A stretch of 64,000 nucleotides of DNA from Parasitella parasitica NRRL 2501 (lineage: Eukaryota > Fungi > Mucoromycota). The DNA lies in the NCBI GenBank assembly GCA_025201805.1, contig MU619260.1:1-64000 (forward strand), read 5' to 3'. Both the position numbers and the translations under genes were made by a program. Of this stretch, positions 1-12,212 are shown piece after piece (the stretch's first letter is position 1; every line of letters starts with the position of its first letter). The notes under the pieces were generated by a model that saw only the letters and a program-made list of their open reading frames with translations, was not told the DNA's origin and made no database searches.

Positions 1-256
1 CTAAAGTATAAATACTCATAACAATTTTATCAAATAAAGGATTATCTTATGATTCACAAAAAAAAGCATTAGTTACACAATCTCGGATATTACATCCAGG
101 GGAAAATGGATCTTCCCCCCCCCCCACACACACACACAGACCTTCTCGAACAAGGCCAAAAGCATTGAGACATTTGCATCACTGTTTTAGAAAGGAAAAA
201 AAAAAAGAAAGAAAAAGTAGAAAAGGTCTTTTGTTTTTCGTTCCCTCTCGTATATA

Positions 257-682
257 ATGGCGTGTTATACGTTCAAAAGTAGATTTAAAGAATACTTTGA
301 TCATGATTATGCTATTGCTGGTTTCCCGAGGGATCCAATCATTTCCCATTGTCATTCACTATCATCGGCCCGCCAATTAATATATTCTGACAACAGCAGC
401 AGCAGCAGCAGCAGCAGAAACCAAACGCAACTAAGAAAGTGCAATAGTTTACCCACCCGCACTTTAGAACAAAAGAGAACAGTTGCAATCGCTCCTCCAT
501 TATCTCTTACGAATCCAGCCCTTATGTTGTCAACGGTGTCGGCAAAGAAAAATGCCTGTTCGCTAAAAAGAAGAAGCCATGTTAAAAAAAAAAGAAAAAA
601 GAAAATACTACATACAGACAGAGATCCTGTAGCTCAGACGATCCTACGTCTTCAAACATCAATGTCTTTATCCAGCCAATAA
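257..682 (+). CDS. Hypothetical Ser/Lys-rich protein (141 aa)
   Basis: Single ATG-initiated ORF after a pyrimidine/TATA-like stretch; contains poly-Ser from a (CAG)n repeat and a basic KKKRKKK patch. No family recognised. Confidence 0.35.
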   Translation: MACYTFKSRFKEYFDHDYAIAGFPRDPIISHCHSLSSARQLIYSDNSSSSSSSRNQTQLRKCNSLPTRTLEQKRTVAIAPPLSLTNPALMLSTVSAKKNACSLKRRSHVKKKRKKKILHTDRDPVAQTILRLQTSMSLSSQ

Positions 683-816
683 CACACACGTTGTACAAGC
701 TAACACCCAATGTGTATAAGCAATAAATATTTCATGCGGTTTTATTTAATCGAATTTCATGGCTTGATAGATACAGAAAGTGTAGCAGAACCATACACAA
801 ATACGTACGCGGCAGC

Positions 817-1131
817 CTATCGCTTGGGCGGCAAAGGGTAGGGGTTGGGAAGAGCGGGCTTGTCAGGTCTAATCTTTGGCATAATGGTCTGGTACTTGAG
901 TTTTAGTCGTTGTTGGTGTGGTTTTTTTTTTAACAAAATGTCAATCAATTTCGCCGGTTTATATACTTGTTCGTCAATCGAACAAAGAAAATTAAGACTA
1001 GTATACATCTTGTTAGCAGCTGGTTGCAGATAATACAACCCCAAAGAAAGAGCAAATTTGGCCATGTATGAAGCTTGATCCGTATCACACACAAAGGGTG
1101 TTTGTGCCGGTGTATTGACAACCTTTGACAT
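817..1131 (-). CDS. Small hypothetical protein (104 aa, Pro-rich C-terminus)
   Basis: ATG-initiated ORF only; no recognisable motif. Confidence 0.25.
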   Translation of the reverse strand: MSKVVNTPAQTPFVCDTDQASYMAKFALSLGLYYLQPAANKMYTSLNFLCSIDEQVYKPAKLIDILLKKKPHQQRLKLKYQTIMPKIRPDKPALPNPYPLPPKR

Positions 1132-1712
1132 GAGTTGATGTAGGATGCTTTGATGGGGTTTTCATCACTCAACATCTTAAATAGCCAACAGCCAGGCGAT
1201 ACAAAGTACATATTGCTGCATGTAATTCATTCTCTTGTCAAGATTGCATGCAGGTGTAAAAGCACATTGTTCACACAAATCATGCAAGTTGGCTCGATTA
1301 AATTAGTTAAAAACTCAAAGCAAAGTATCTCAATGAAACCAAAACTTTAACAAATCAGCCATCTGAAAGATTCACTATCAATCCAAACTTTGGCATTTAA
1401 TAAGGCTATTATCCATAATATACAGTTACTGTGGCTAATTCGATCTTTGCTATTCTTTTCTACCTTTCACCAATATTTTTAAAGAACATTAACGCTACAT
1501 GTAATATGCGTACAAGCTTTGTGTAATGCACAGAGTTTTACTAGAACTGGATGGTTTCAACTGTGTGTTATTTAGCTCTGGTTTAAAATGTACTTTTTAA
1601 CTTTATGTTGGTTGATCCTGTTCGTTTCTAGATAGTTCCGGAATAAGTACACTTTTTTTTTTCCGCTCAACGTTAAGGTGTATATATGAATCTATTTATT
1701 TCATCTATTCAA

Positions 1713-2328
1713 CTACAATCCTTCTTCGGGCCACATCCAGCCAAAGGTATCCTTAATATCACCAGATTGAATACCGCGGTACTCGTCATAAAGCTTCTTG
1801 AAACCTTCTCCAATTTCACTTTGTTCGCCACTACCAATCAAGATGGTTTGATCGCCACGAACAATCTTTTTGACAGGTGTAATGATGGCAGCAGTGCCGC
1901 AAGCAGCAACTTCCTCAAATTTATGTTCTTCAACCTCCTTTAATGCAACGGCCCTCTCCTCAACCTTCCAGCCCAGCTTTTCTGCAATATCCTCGAGAGA
2001 AAGACGAGTGACGGATCTCAGGATTGAATTGGAGTTGGGTGTGACAAAAGTACGAACACCATCAGCATCTGGCAGGCAGATGTTAGGTCCTTGCGCATAA
2101 AATCAGTGCAGGCAGATAAAACTTACCAGGATATGTGAGAGCAACAAAGTTGGAAGTTGAAAATTCGTCAATGTAGTTGTGGGTCTTGGAATCCAGATGC
2201 AGAGTAAGAGCGTAACCTGCCTTCTTGGCCTTCATAATGGGGCCAAAGGTAGGAGCATAGTTACCACCCAACTTGGATCCACCAGTACCATTAGGAGCAC
2301 CTAAAGGCCGTAGGTCAACACTTTACTA

Positions 2329-2378
<50 letters not shown>

Positions 2379-3040
2379 CTATTACGCCCCCCCCCGCAAA
2401 TGCACACGAGTATCCGCAATAAAACTTACTTCTATCAAAATCTTCAATGATAATGGCGTCAACAGGCTTGACACCGCCAGTGTAGAAAGAGCCAACAGGC
2501 ATGGCGAATACAACAAAGGTGAACTCAGGGGCTGCACCCATACCAATGTAAGGTCCACTGCCGAACAAGAGAGGACGGATGTACAGAGACCCGCCCGTTT
2601 CCTTGGGAGGAACGTATTCCAGGTTGATTTCAACACAACGACGCACGGCTTCAACAAAGGTTTCTTCTGGCACGGTGGGCATGAAGGCCATGTCTGCACT
2701 ACGAGCCATTCGGGCGGCATTCACATAGGGACGGAAAATACGAACACGGCCTTCGGCATCACGGAAAGCCTTCATGCCTTCAAAGCACTTGCGGAAAGCG
2801 TTAGTGGGTATTTGCACTCATCTTTTAGCCTACGCATGACTTTACCTGCTGGCCGTAGTTGAGACCGGTGGCGCACATGTGAACATTCAGCATGGCATCT
2901 TTTTCTACTGTTCCTTGACTCCATCCGTTTTCTTCTGTCCAGGTGTATTTTACGAAGCCATTGATGTCTCTGTATTGGAATCCCATGCTCGAGAAATCAA
3001 AGGTAGCTGAAGGGGGTGTAATAGGTTTAGTGGCAGACAT
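1713..3040 (-). CDS. Branched-chain amino acid aminotransferase (class IV PLP enzyme), 4 exons
   Basis: Spliced product has LNYGQQ-CFEGMKAFR, IFRPYVNAARM, SLYIRPLLFG, GGSKLGGNYAP (PLP Lys), IDEFSTSNFV, SILRSVTRLSL and EVAACGTAAIITPV; TAG stop at 1713-1715; GT-AG introns near 2845-2789, 2430-2302 and 2125-2071 (approximate). Confidence 0.93.
2325..2377. repeat. (TAC)n microsatellite within a BCAT intron
   Basis: Uninterrupted TAC run of about 17 units; explains the poly-Val tail of ORF 2326..2817. Confidence 0.95.
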
Positions 3041-3240
3041 TGTAGCTTTTTTTTTTTTTTTTGTTGTTGTTGTTGTTGTTTTTACTCAAGGTAATAAAGT
3101 AAAAAGAGAAGGGTAAAAAGGTAGAATATTACATCCGAGTTTAATTATATTGGTGTAAATTTGACAGTTTTATCCAATAAAAGCTTGGATGACTCTTTTT
3201 AACTCACTCAATCATATAAAGCAAACTACCAGCGCCTTAT

Positions 3241-4763
3241 TTACTGAGTTTGCTGTCCTGGGGCTGCAGCGGTTGATGTTGACTCTGGTTCATCCGAAAT
3301 CACGGATTGGTAGATTGTGCCAATGAAACTCAATGCATGGATGCGATTGGCAAGGTCAGCTTTACTGCATTTTGCATCACCCAAGACCTCATCACACACA
3401 TCACGTAGTACACCTTCAATTTCCAATTTGGACCCTCTCCATATAGCCTCCAAACCCTGTTTTTTTCAACAAGTTTTAAAAAGACTGCCATTAAAAATGT
3501 TGCCCGTGTAAAAGCACTCGTAAATTACCTTTGCAGCGGCTGCTTCCTCCAGCTTGGCTCTTTCGGGTTCAGACAATCCCTTCTCCTCCGCCTTCTGTAG
3601 CTCACCAAACGTGGATTGCAAATCATACGCAGTTCTCAAGGTGCCGACGGTTTGGCTGAAGATGTACCCCTTTTCACGAATGCTGTAATACATGCCTCCC
3701 AAGCCAAACGCAGACTTTCTGCTTCCATATTGGTTCGCTTTGGCAGAGTAGATATAGCCGATGGTATGTAGAAGATCTACGCCATGATTCTCCAGCTTGA
3801 GATCTTCCGCTTCTTTTTTGATGGACTTTTTGAATTCTTGTTCGCCAAGGGTATTGTATAAATCAAGCTTGTGGATCAGCTTTTCAACAAGAGCTTCAAC
3901 ACGTCGTGTACGCACCAAATTGCGCTCTTGTTCGTTTGCAGCCTTCTGCGCTTGCTGCTCTGCCTTTTCTTCGGGAGTCAGCTCTGTCTCCTCAGCCTCT
4001 GCTGTATCCAGTGCCTCGCGCATGTCCTTGCCGATAGAAATTTCTCCAATTATATCCACAAACAGGTCGCCTCCAAACGATTGTTTAAAAAAGTCTTCGG
4101 GGTCCACTGTAGCTCATCCCATGTTAACACACCCCCGCATAGAGCTGATGAATCCCACTTACCAAATCCGCCGTCAGGTTTGACGCCGTTATCCTCGCCG
4201 TACTCGTTGTATTTCTTTCTTAGCTTGGGATCTGATAAAACTTGGTGGGCTTCCGATAGTTTCTTAAACTAGAGTGACAAGACGTTTCATGACCCAGTGA
4301 CTAAACAAACATGTTTCCCAATCATTACCTTTTCCTCCATTGTGGGATCGCCTGGGTTTTTGTCTGGATGGAGAATAACAGCACGTCTTCTATATGCTTT
4401 TTTAATCTCTTCTGGCGTTGCAGTGACCGACACACCCAAGATTTCGTAGTATTCTGTCGATATAGGGTTTTGATCTGGAAAAACAAAAAAACCAAGTTGG
4501 TATCAAACACACACACTTGGTCAAGCACACAAAGCATTACCAGTTCCTCTCTTTCTCGCCGCTCTAGGCTTCGACGCATTTGATTTAGATTCTGCATGCT
4601 CGGCCACTGTGTAGGAATCTATTTGCCCACAGGCCCAGCACTTTACTGAAACTGTTTGTCCAACCGGCTGGCCTTGGGGATAAAACTCGATAGGAGTGAT
4701 GCATTTTTTACACGATGATTTGATATATGGTTCTGGCTTTCTAGAGTCGAATATCTGTGCCAT
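3241..4763 (-). CDS. DnaJ chaperone with DnaJ-X domain (Djp1/Caj1-like) and N-terminal CxxC...CxxC motif, 5 exons
   Basis: J-domain EYYEILGV...[18 protein letters not shown]...[24 protein letters not shown]; [28 protein letters not shown]; [18 protein letters not shown]; C-terminal [21 protein letters not shown]. Confidence 0.9.
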
Positions 4764-4920
4764 TTTTCTTTTTCTTTTGTCTTTTATTTCAGTTGTAAAT
4801 GTATAGAGAGAAAAGAGAGAAAAAAAAAAAAAAAAAAAAAACAGACAACAAAACTATAGTACGAAAAGAAGAGCCACCCGGGGGGTGTGAAGGTAAAAGA
4901 TTTTTTTCTTCACATGTCAT

Positions 4921-6936
4921 TTAAATGAGCATTCCAGCAATGGCAGCCGACAGCCAAGTGCTCAATGAACCACAGATCAAAGCCGAAATAGCTAAATGTG
5001 ATATTTCACCTGTTCTCGAAGGAGCCAGTGTACCGAGGACACCAACTTGCATACCCACACTGCCAAAATTCGCAAATCCACAGAGGGCATATGTAGCTAC
5101 AATCTGGGACCTGGTGGATAGCTGTCCTTTGTAGGTATCTGTCAGTTGCTTGTAGGCGATAAACTCGTTTGCCCATATCTTTGTCGCCATAAGCCTCCCT
5201 ACAATCACCAAATCCTTATCGTCCGCCCCTATAAGCCAGGCAACCTAACGGCGTACATGCTGTTAGTGTCGGTCCATCTGGTAGAGCTATTGTGGAAGAA
5301 GAAAAAAATACTTGCAGGTACAAACAGGTATCCGGTTACTAATTCAAGCGTCAAGTCTTTGATTGTCAAAAAGTTTCCTAGCCACGTGAGAAACGAATTG
5401 ACGGCGTACAAGGTAGCGAGAATGGATATGATGTTGGCTATTATCAGCAACGAAATTTTGACGCCTACCTCCGCGCCTTTACCAAGCGCATGGAGGATGT
5501 TTGCAGTATCGTCATCTTGATGGCGTGGAATCGCTGCGTTTTCCTTTGTATCTGGCTCTTCTGTCTCGGGATATCTCAGCTTTGATATGGCTACTGAGCA
5601 TGGAATAGACATGATACATGATGTCAACAAAGCCTGGCCCGACACGCCCATAGCAATGTACCCGTACAAGACGGATCCCGAGATGGTTGCAAATCCTGAC
5701 GTCAAGATTTGGTGTATTTCTGACTTGGTGAGTGTGGGTACCAGAGGTTCAATCAGCAGAGCGTTTTCAGACGCCCCTAAAAAGGGCTATTTTTGCCACA
5801 TGTGTCAAATTGTTGTTGTGGTGTAAATGTTTGTGGTTTGGAATAACAGACTTACAGATGCAACGGCTACAATGGATTCTGCTCCTGAGATGCCTAAAAC
5901 TGCAATAAAGACCACTGCCAGCTTCTTGAGAAGCCATTGTATGGTCCCTAAATAATACAACATTTGCACGGTCGATGCGAAAAAGATGAGCGCTGGAAAC
6001 ACGTTCAGAGCAAAGGTGTTGGCGCTGACAGCGGCTGTGCCAAATACGAATTCTGCTCCAAACCAAGCATTGTGGAGATATTGCTCGGCGAAATCGGCTA
6101 TCCATTTAAATAGATCGTGTCCTACCGAAGATCGAAATACAAACAAAGCTAGTACAAACTGCATCAATATGGCAGTGATCACTGTATTCCATTGTACATG
6201 TTTGCGGTGCTATGTTTTGTGTACAGCTCGTTTATCAGTCCACATACCCCAAATTACGCTCATTGTATTATGCTATTTACCACAGACGATGCAAATGTGC
6301 CCATCACAAACACAAACAATCCACAAAGCGAAATCAATCGTCGAAGTCGAGGAGATTCCTCCTTTTCAGGAAACGAGAATACAGTAGCTGTGATGACAGA
6401 CAGCACAAGAAAGCCGTACGCAACAGTGCGTGTAACGTAAGTTGTATGCTGATGTATTGTAGTTGATATCGCACGAGTACATTTCTTCCATGGCGTAGTA
6501 ACGACAGCAGTTGGTACGTGACAAAATAGCATGTAGCAGGTAATGAAAGCGTATATGATACCTAGGACCAGCAATTCTTGGCTGTATCCTTTTGGTATCT
6601 GTAATGCGTAGGCCGCACAAAGGAAACCAGTAAGGGCCAACCAAATCAGCACACTAGCAGCAAAAATAATAATTCCAGCTGTAAGTATAAATATATATAT
6701 ACCGTATATGGCACTCTCGGCTAGTAATTTCTTATATATATATATTCTACGTACTGTATTTGTATTCTAAATCGACGGGTATAGCTGGCTTTGTTTTTTG
6801 GATTTGGTGCGCTGTTTACAGACGAATTGGAGAGTTGATCTGGCTCAGATTTCATGTCAATAGCATGCATGTGGTTGGGCTGCTGGTCACTTGTGTGGTC
6901 CACTATGGAGGAATCAGCGTTATTTTCTTTATGCAT
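4921..6936 (-). CDS. Concentrative Na+/H+:nucleoside cotransporter (CNT/SLC28 family), multi-exon
   Basis: QFVLALFVFRSSVG, GAEFVFG, FALNVFPALIFF, GISGAESIVAVAS, MTSGFATISGSVL, KIWANEFIAY and TYALCGFANFGSVG are CNT hallmarks. Confidence 0.93.
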
Positions 6937-7291
6937 CTCCTCGTTTTATATATATTTGGAAGAAAGACGAATAAAAGTAAAGAGACAAGAAAAAAAAAAA
7001 ACTAAAAAGAAAAGGAAGAGGCCTACTCGTTTTTAAGGTTTCTCGACATTTTAATGATTTGATGTATTCGATACATACAAGACTGCAGTTGATCTGTATA
7101 ACATCTACTGTATCTAGTGACACTGGATCCATGCCACCCATATTATCGGTCCGTGAGTATTGCCAAATATACAATCAAATCCTTTCATCTTGTTTTCCAT
7201 GGTTTTTGTATGCATGTTAATTAGCCCGCTTGATACCATTCAGCACTAGCATCTAGTTCAAGCCTTCTTCTCAAGCCATATGATCTTATTT

Positions 7292-7292
<1 letters not shown>

Positions 7293-7326
<34 letters not shown>
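7293..7326. repeat. (TTG)n microsatellite
   Basis: Run of TTG units; source of the poly-Leu in spurious ORF 7280..7531. Confidence 0.9.
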
Positions 7327-7327
<1 letters not shown>

Positions 7328-7661
7328 GCATCGTTGTTTTTTTTCAAGACGACCCATCTCCTGCACCCTTCAAGTTATATTTATTCTATTTATGAAACGT
7401 ATATGTTGAATGTAAATCTTGTACACAAATCAATAAAGTTTAATGCAGGGACCTCTCTTAATTTATTCTTTTGTAGAAGGAAAAAAAAAAGCCAGGTTGT
7501 TTATTCATTCAATCAGAAAGAGGGATGGTAAAAGTGAGAGTAAAATTAGGAGGTGGTATTATTGTTCAGTATAAAAGAAAATGAGGAGTAAATAGTAACC
7601 ATATATATAATTTCATAGTATTAGGTAAAATAATGATACACATATGTTGTTGATAATCAAA

Positions 7662-9334
7662 TCAAGAACAAGAGGATGATGCAGATGTCCTTGCCGATTC
7701 TACAGTGGACAGTGTAATAGATGATTCCGTTGAGCTAGACAGCCTTTCCATGATAGATTCAGAAAGCAATACCACGCTGTGGTTGATATCCTCACCATGA
7801 AATGCCATGGCGATCTTTTCATGGTGGATGCCACACTTTTGCAGCATATTGGGAAGAGCACCCATTCTAGAGCAAATTCACATGAATAGAGTTTTCAGGC
7901 GTAGCAATAGCTTGCAACTTACCTAGCAAGAAACATTTGTAATCGAAGCCGTACAGATTGCTGATACAGCTCATGGAGTGATCTATGCTTGTAGACACCA
8001 GCACGGAGATGTCGTATAAATAGATAGAATTCAATGACAGCCTGTAGCCTATCTCGACAGTAACGATCAATACAGGCCCATTCATCAAAGTACGATATTC
8101 TAAATCTGTACTTCAGTTCTTGCTGTCTAGACGATTTATGTATGTTTCTACCACACGCTTGGCAGCCCAGGAACACAGAGGAAGCGGTAAATCTCTCCCA
8201 AAGCGTAGCAGATGCTTCTTCCTTCAATTGACGTATAGCCTGTTCAGTTACAAATCCTTCTGGGCACTCCTCTACAAAACATGTCTTGACCAAGATAGCA
8301 TCCATGATCTTCTTGCTCGAAATTTTAGGATTTGGACCAAATCTTAAACATGGTTCGATATCGTCACGAATACAATATTTCATGTATTTTAATGAATGTA
8401 ATTTTCGTAAGGGCGTTTTCTGCACGAGTTGAATGAAATCGTTCAAATCTTCTAAAGCAACTTGATCTTCTAATGTGTCCATGTGGAGTCCCAAGTCCAA
8501 TCCGTGCATTAAAACGGTCTCCACCTGAGCACGAGTGTATGTATCGATCACACTGTTTTCAGCTAGTGTATTGCAATCCTCTATTTGTGTTGAAGTAGGC
8601 GAAAGAGGTGATTGAGGCTGCTCGTCCACAGAATTCGAAAAGACAGGATTAGTGTCTTCCATTTTGTTTCGTATTTGGGTTAATTGGCCAGAGGCATCCT
8701 CTAGCAAAGACTTGGCATCTTTAAGTTCCTGCCCTAACTGGCTATTTTTGGTCTTGATGACTAGCTGCTGTGCCTTTTCTGTTGTAATCATGCGGTTGGC
8801 TTCCTCAAACAATCGCACTGTTAAATCTTCCAGCTCTCTCTTTACATTTTCCTTGGATTGTTGAATATCCTTGACTTTTGATGTCTCTTCTTTACATTTA
8901 ACCTCTAATACTTTCAAATCGTGTTGTAGAGACTGGATTCCTTTGCGTGTCGATTCAATCGATTGCTGCTTCTCTGTTAATTTTTGTTCCAAATGCATCT
9001 TTTTTGCATCTAATTCGTTTTTTTCATGGCGTAATGTAGATTTTTGTCGTTTTAAGGCATACAGTTGAGTTTTGGTTTCATCGTAGCCTGATTTTACAGA
9101 TTCAAATGATAACACATTTCCACAATCTAGACACTCAAATTCAGACGAAAGCTGATGGCATTGACAAACGAGCGATTTTAGTGAAATTACTGGGCTATTA
9201 GTTGATGTTGTGGTATAACTACTATCTTGATACGCTTTATCCAACATAACTACTGATGGCATCATATCATCTGGTTTTATATTGATGTTTAAATTCAATA
9301 TCTGCTGCTCTGTTGTCGTAGTTTCGGTTGCCAT
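7662..9334 (-). CDS. Sec2/Rabin8-like Rab GDP/GTP exchange factor, 2 exons
   Basis: Coiled coil with VKRELEDLTVRLFEEANRMI (Sec2 motif); YMKYCIRDDIEPCLRF; Cys-rich CQACG...IDRYCRDRLQAVIEFYLFIRHLR...LRLQMFLAR; intron about 7921-7870 joins the final exon MGALP...SSSCS*. Confidence 0.85.
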
Positions 9335-9636
9335 GGTGATTCAGGAACAAGAAATAAATGCAAAGGAAGGAAAGAGGAAAAGAAGAAAAAGAAAGCAAGG
9401 ATAATCTATTTTATTTTTTATTTTTCAAAAGGGGATAAATGACGCATCTTTATTTGTGCACCCAACCTTTTGCAAGAAAGAAAAGATAACATGCCCCTAT
9501 TTCAATAGAGAGAAAAGATGCCATTAAGCTTTTTTCTTTTTTCATTTTGGCATTTTTAAATAACGGTAGAGCACCACTCAAAGAGTTTAGCGATTGAAAA
9601 AAATTTCTCTCCTTTTAAAAAACAACAACTATAAAA

Positions 9637-10404
9637 ATGTCAAAACGACTACAACGATTCAAACCTAAAAAATCATATCTGGATACAGTCAATATTGAAT
9701 CAATCAAGTTACATCAGCCCTTGACAAATCAATTATTAATATTAGATTTGAATGGCACATTGGTATCCAGAGTGCGCAACAACAAATCCATGTACGTCCG
9801 CCCTTACAGCCAGCAATTCATCGATTATGTATTCGACAACTTCAATGTGATGCTGTGGTCTAGTGCACAACCTCACAGTGTCAACAACATGAGCCGCCTA
9901 TTTGGAAAACACAGGGAAAAATTATCATTAATTTGGGATCGCACAAGCTTTGGGCTCTCCGCGGCCGATTACAATCGCAAGATACTTACTATCAAAGACC
10001 TAGACAAAGTATGGGAGCATTTCAAAGGCCAATACAACGCCACAAATACCATACTGCTCGATGATTCACCTAAAAAAGCCCAATTGCACCCGTATAACTG
10101 CATCCATCCCAGTGAATTTGAACATGGTGCACCAGCGTTTGTTTCGAGCGGCGAGTCTGAACTTTTACATGTTTTAGACTATCTCAAAGTTTTACAACTT
10201 CAGAGCAATGTGTCAAACTACATGCGTAAACATCCCTACCACACATTGGAAAAGGACACAGCACAAAACAGCTTTGAAACAAAGTTTTACCTATTTGCCG
10301 ACGATTACGATAAAGCGGGCCAAATAGTAGATCTGCAGCAGAGAAAAAAAAAAAGCACAACTGATGTATTAATAACAAACATGTCCAATTTGAAGTTGCA
10401 GTAG
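9637..10404 (+). CDS. NIF/FCP1-like HAD-family phosphatase domain protein
   Basis: LLILDLNGTLV (DxDxT-like motif), VRPYSQQFIDYVF, VMLWSSAQP, IKDLDKVW, NTILLDDSPKKA. Confidence 0.85.
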   Translation: MSKRLQRFKPKKSYLDTVNIESIKLHQPLTNQLLILDLNGTLVSRVRNNKSMYVRPYSQQFIDYVFDNFNVMLWSSAQPHSVNNMSRLFGKHREKLSLIWDRTSFGLSAADYNRKILTIKDLDKVWEHFKGQYNATNTILLDDSPKKAQLHPYNCIHPSEFEHGAPAFVSSGESELLHVLDYLKVLQLQSNVSNYMRKHPYHTLEKDTAQNSFETKFYLFADDYDKAGQIVDLQQRKKKSTTDVLITNMSNLKLQ

Positions 10405-10613
10405 AATCCAATCAAATTGGCACGTAAAAAGAGCCATTGGCTGGCCAAAATAGATATTGCATCTCAATGTAAAACAAGTTACACACTTTAAAGAAATAGG
10501 GGATCAGACTATGATGAAAAAACTTATAAAATCTAATTGTTTTACCTTTTTTTTTTTTTTTTTTTTTTNNNNNNNNNNTCTCTCTCTTCTTATAAACAAA
10601 ATAATAGACGCAA

Positions 10614-12212
10614 ATGTTATATTTGACAGATGATTTGGGTCTATTGCCCTTTTTTTTACCGTTTGGCATAATTGGATTTTATAGATATCTATGGTTCTTT
10701 ATCAAGGTCACTGCTTGGCTGGTGTACAGACCAAGACTGCCCAAGGCAAACCCAACTTACACAGGGGAACGGGATGTGACAATCATCGTGCCAACCATCG
10801 ATGCAGGTGAAGAGTTCAAAATCGCTGCACAGAGCTGGTTAGCCTGCAATCCTAAAGAGATCATCATCATCACCGAGACGAAAATGCGAGAGCCATTGCA
10901 AGAATTGGCAGATAGCGTCAATCCAGAAAAGATCCGTGTACTGACTGTACCAAGAGCCAACAAGAGACTGCAGATGGTAGCCGGCATTAATGCTACCACT
11001 AGCGAGATAATTGTGTTTGCCGATGACGATGCTATCTGGAAACCTACCATGCTGGAATACATCCTTGCTTGCTTTGAAGATCTGAAAATGGGTGGTGTCG
11101 GTACAAGTCAAACTGTCCACGCCGTCGATCCTAATGGACATCAAACGCTCTGGGAAATTCTTGCCGGTTTTAGGTTAACTAGTCGAAACATTGAGATTGC
11201 TGCTTCCACTCACATTGACGGCGGCATTTGCTGTCTTTCTGGGAGAACAGCTGCGTATCGCACTTTGATCCTCAAAGACCCTGCTTTCCAGTACTGCTTC
11301 ACAAACGATCTTTGGCTAGGAAAATATCCATTGAACTCGGGAGACGACAAATTTTTGACACGTTGGATGGTATCGCATGGCTGGAACACGTATGCTCAAA
11401 TTTGCAAAGAAGCCGAGCTCTATTCTACGTTCAAGAACAATTGGAGATTCGTCAAGCAAGTGCTTCGTTGGACCCGCAACACCTGGCGCTCAGATTTTAG
11501 ATCCTTGTTTACAGAACGCTACATTTGGAGAAGACACCCCTTTGTTGCATTCACCATGGTAGACAAGATCTTCAATCCTTTAACCCTTTTAGCTGGTCCT
11601 ATCCTTGTGGGTGTGTTTGCTTCTCTTCAGGAGCAAAGGGCAGGTCCTACAAACCCACCTTTACCCGGGTGGAACATTGCCATCTCTTATATCATTTGGC
11701 TGCTATTAACTAGATTTGTTAAACTGATACCTCATTTTGTGAAAAGACCTCAAGACATTTGGGTTTTGCCTGCATGGTTGCTGTTTAATTATTACTTTGC
11801 CATTATGAAGCTTTATGCATTATTTACACTGCACGAAGTTGGATGGGGCACTCGAGCTGGCGTTGGCACCGAATTGGCTGCTGATATTGGCAAAGACGAC
11901 GAGAAGCAGCCTCTCGAAACCAGCAGCGATGTCAAAATTGAAATGAGTCAAACGGATGCCACTTCTGTAACACAAGAGCAAGAGAAACAACAGCGACATG
12001 CTATCCAAAACAGTTTTCATGAAGAAGCTGCCCCCTACGAAGATCCTTTCTTTTCAGAACAAGACATGTTGGAAGTTTCTCGGAACAATCATACAGAAGT
12101 GGACATGGATAGCTCATTGGCCCCTATTTCATCAGCAACCCCTTACAGCAATACTACATCTAATAACAACAACAACAACAACAACAACAACAATACTAAT
12201 AACAGCATTTAA
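10614..12212 (+). CDS. Processive GT2 polysaccharide synthase, Cps1/hyaluronan-synthase-like, single exon
   Basis: DVTIIVPTID, IIVFADDD (DxD), CCLSGRTAAYR, NSGDDKFLT and QVLRWTRNTWRSD (QxxRW); N- and C-terminal TM helices; GWGTR end motif; poly-Asn tail from (AAC)n. Confidence 0.88.
   Translation: MLYLTDDLGLLPFFLPFGIIGFYRYLWFFIKVTAWLVYRPRLPKANPTYTGERDVTIIVPTIDAGEEFKIAAQSWLACNPKEIIIITETKMREPLQELADSVNPEKIRVLTVPRANKRLQMVAGINATTSEIIVFADDDAIWKPTMLEYILACFEDLKMGGVGTSQTVHAVDPNGHQTLWEILAGFRLTSRNIEIAASTHIDGGICCLSGRTAAYRTLILKDPAFQYCFTNDLWLGKYPLNSGDDKFLTRWMVSHGWNTYAQICKEAELYSTFKNNWRFVKQVLRWTRNTWRSDFRSLFTERYIWRRHPFVAFTMVDKIFNPLTLLAGPILVGVFASLQEQRAGPTNPPLPGWNIAISYIIWLLLTRFVKLIPHFVKRPQDIWVLPAWLLFNYYFAIMKLYALFTLHEVGWGTRAGVGTELAADIGKDDEKQPLETSSDVKIEMSQTDATSVTQEQEKQQRHAIQNSFHEEAAPYEDPFFSEQDMLEVSRNNHTEVDMDSSLAPISSATPYSNTTSNNNNNNNNNNNTNNSI

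Noticed and set aside
2326-2430. Poly-Val C-terminus of ORF 2326..2817
   Set aside because: Read-through into an intronic (TAC)n microsatellite; the real BCAT frame splices out at about 2430.
7280-7531. ORF with a signal-peptide-like poly-Leu start
   Set aside because: Produced by a (TTG)n microsatellite in AT-rich intergenic DNA; no other coding signal.
9742-9765. DLNGT instead of DxDxT in the NIF phosphatase
   Set aside because: This variant is common in this subfamily as I recall it, so it is not evidence of a special pseudoenzyme.
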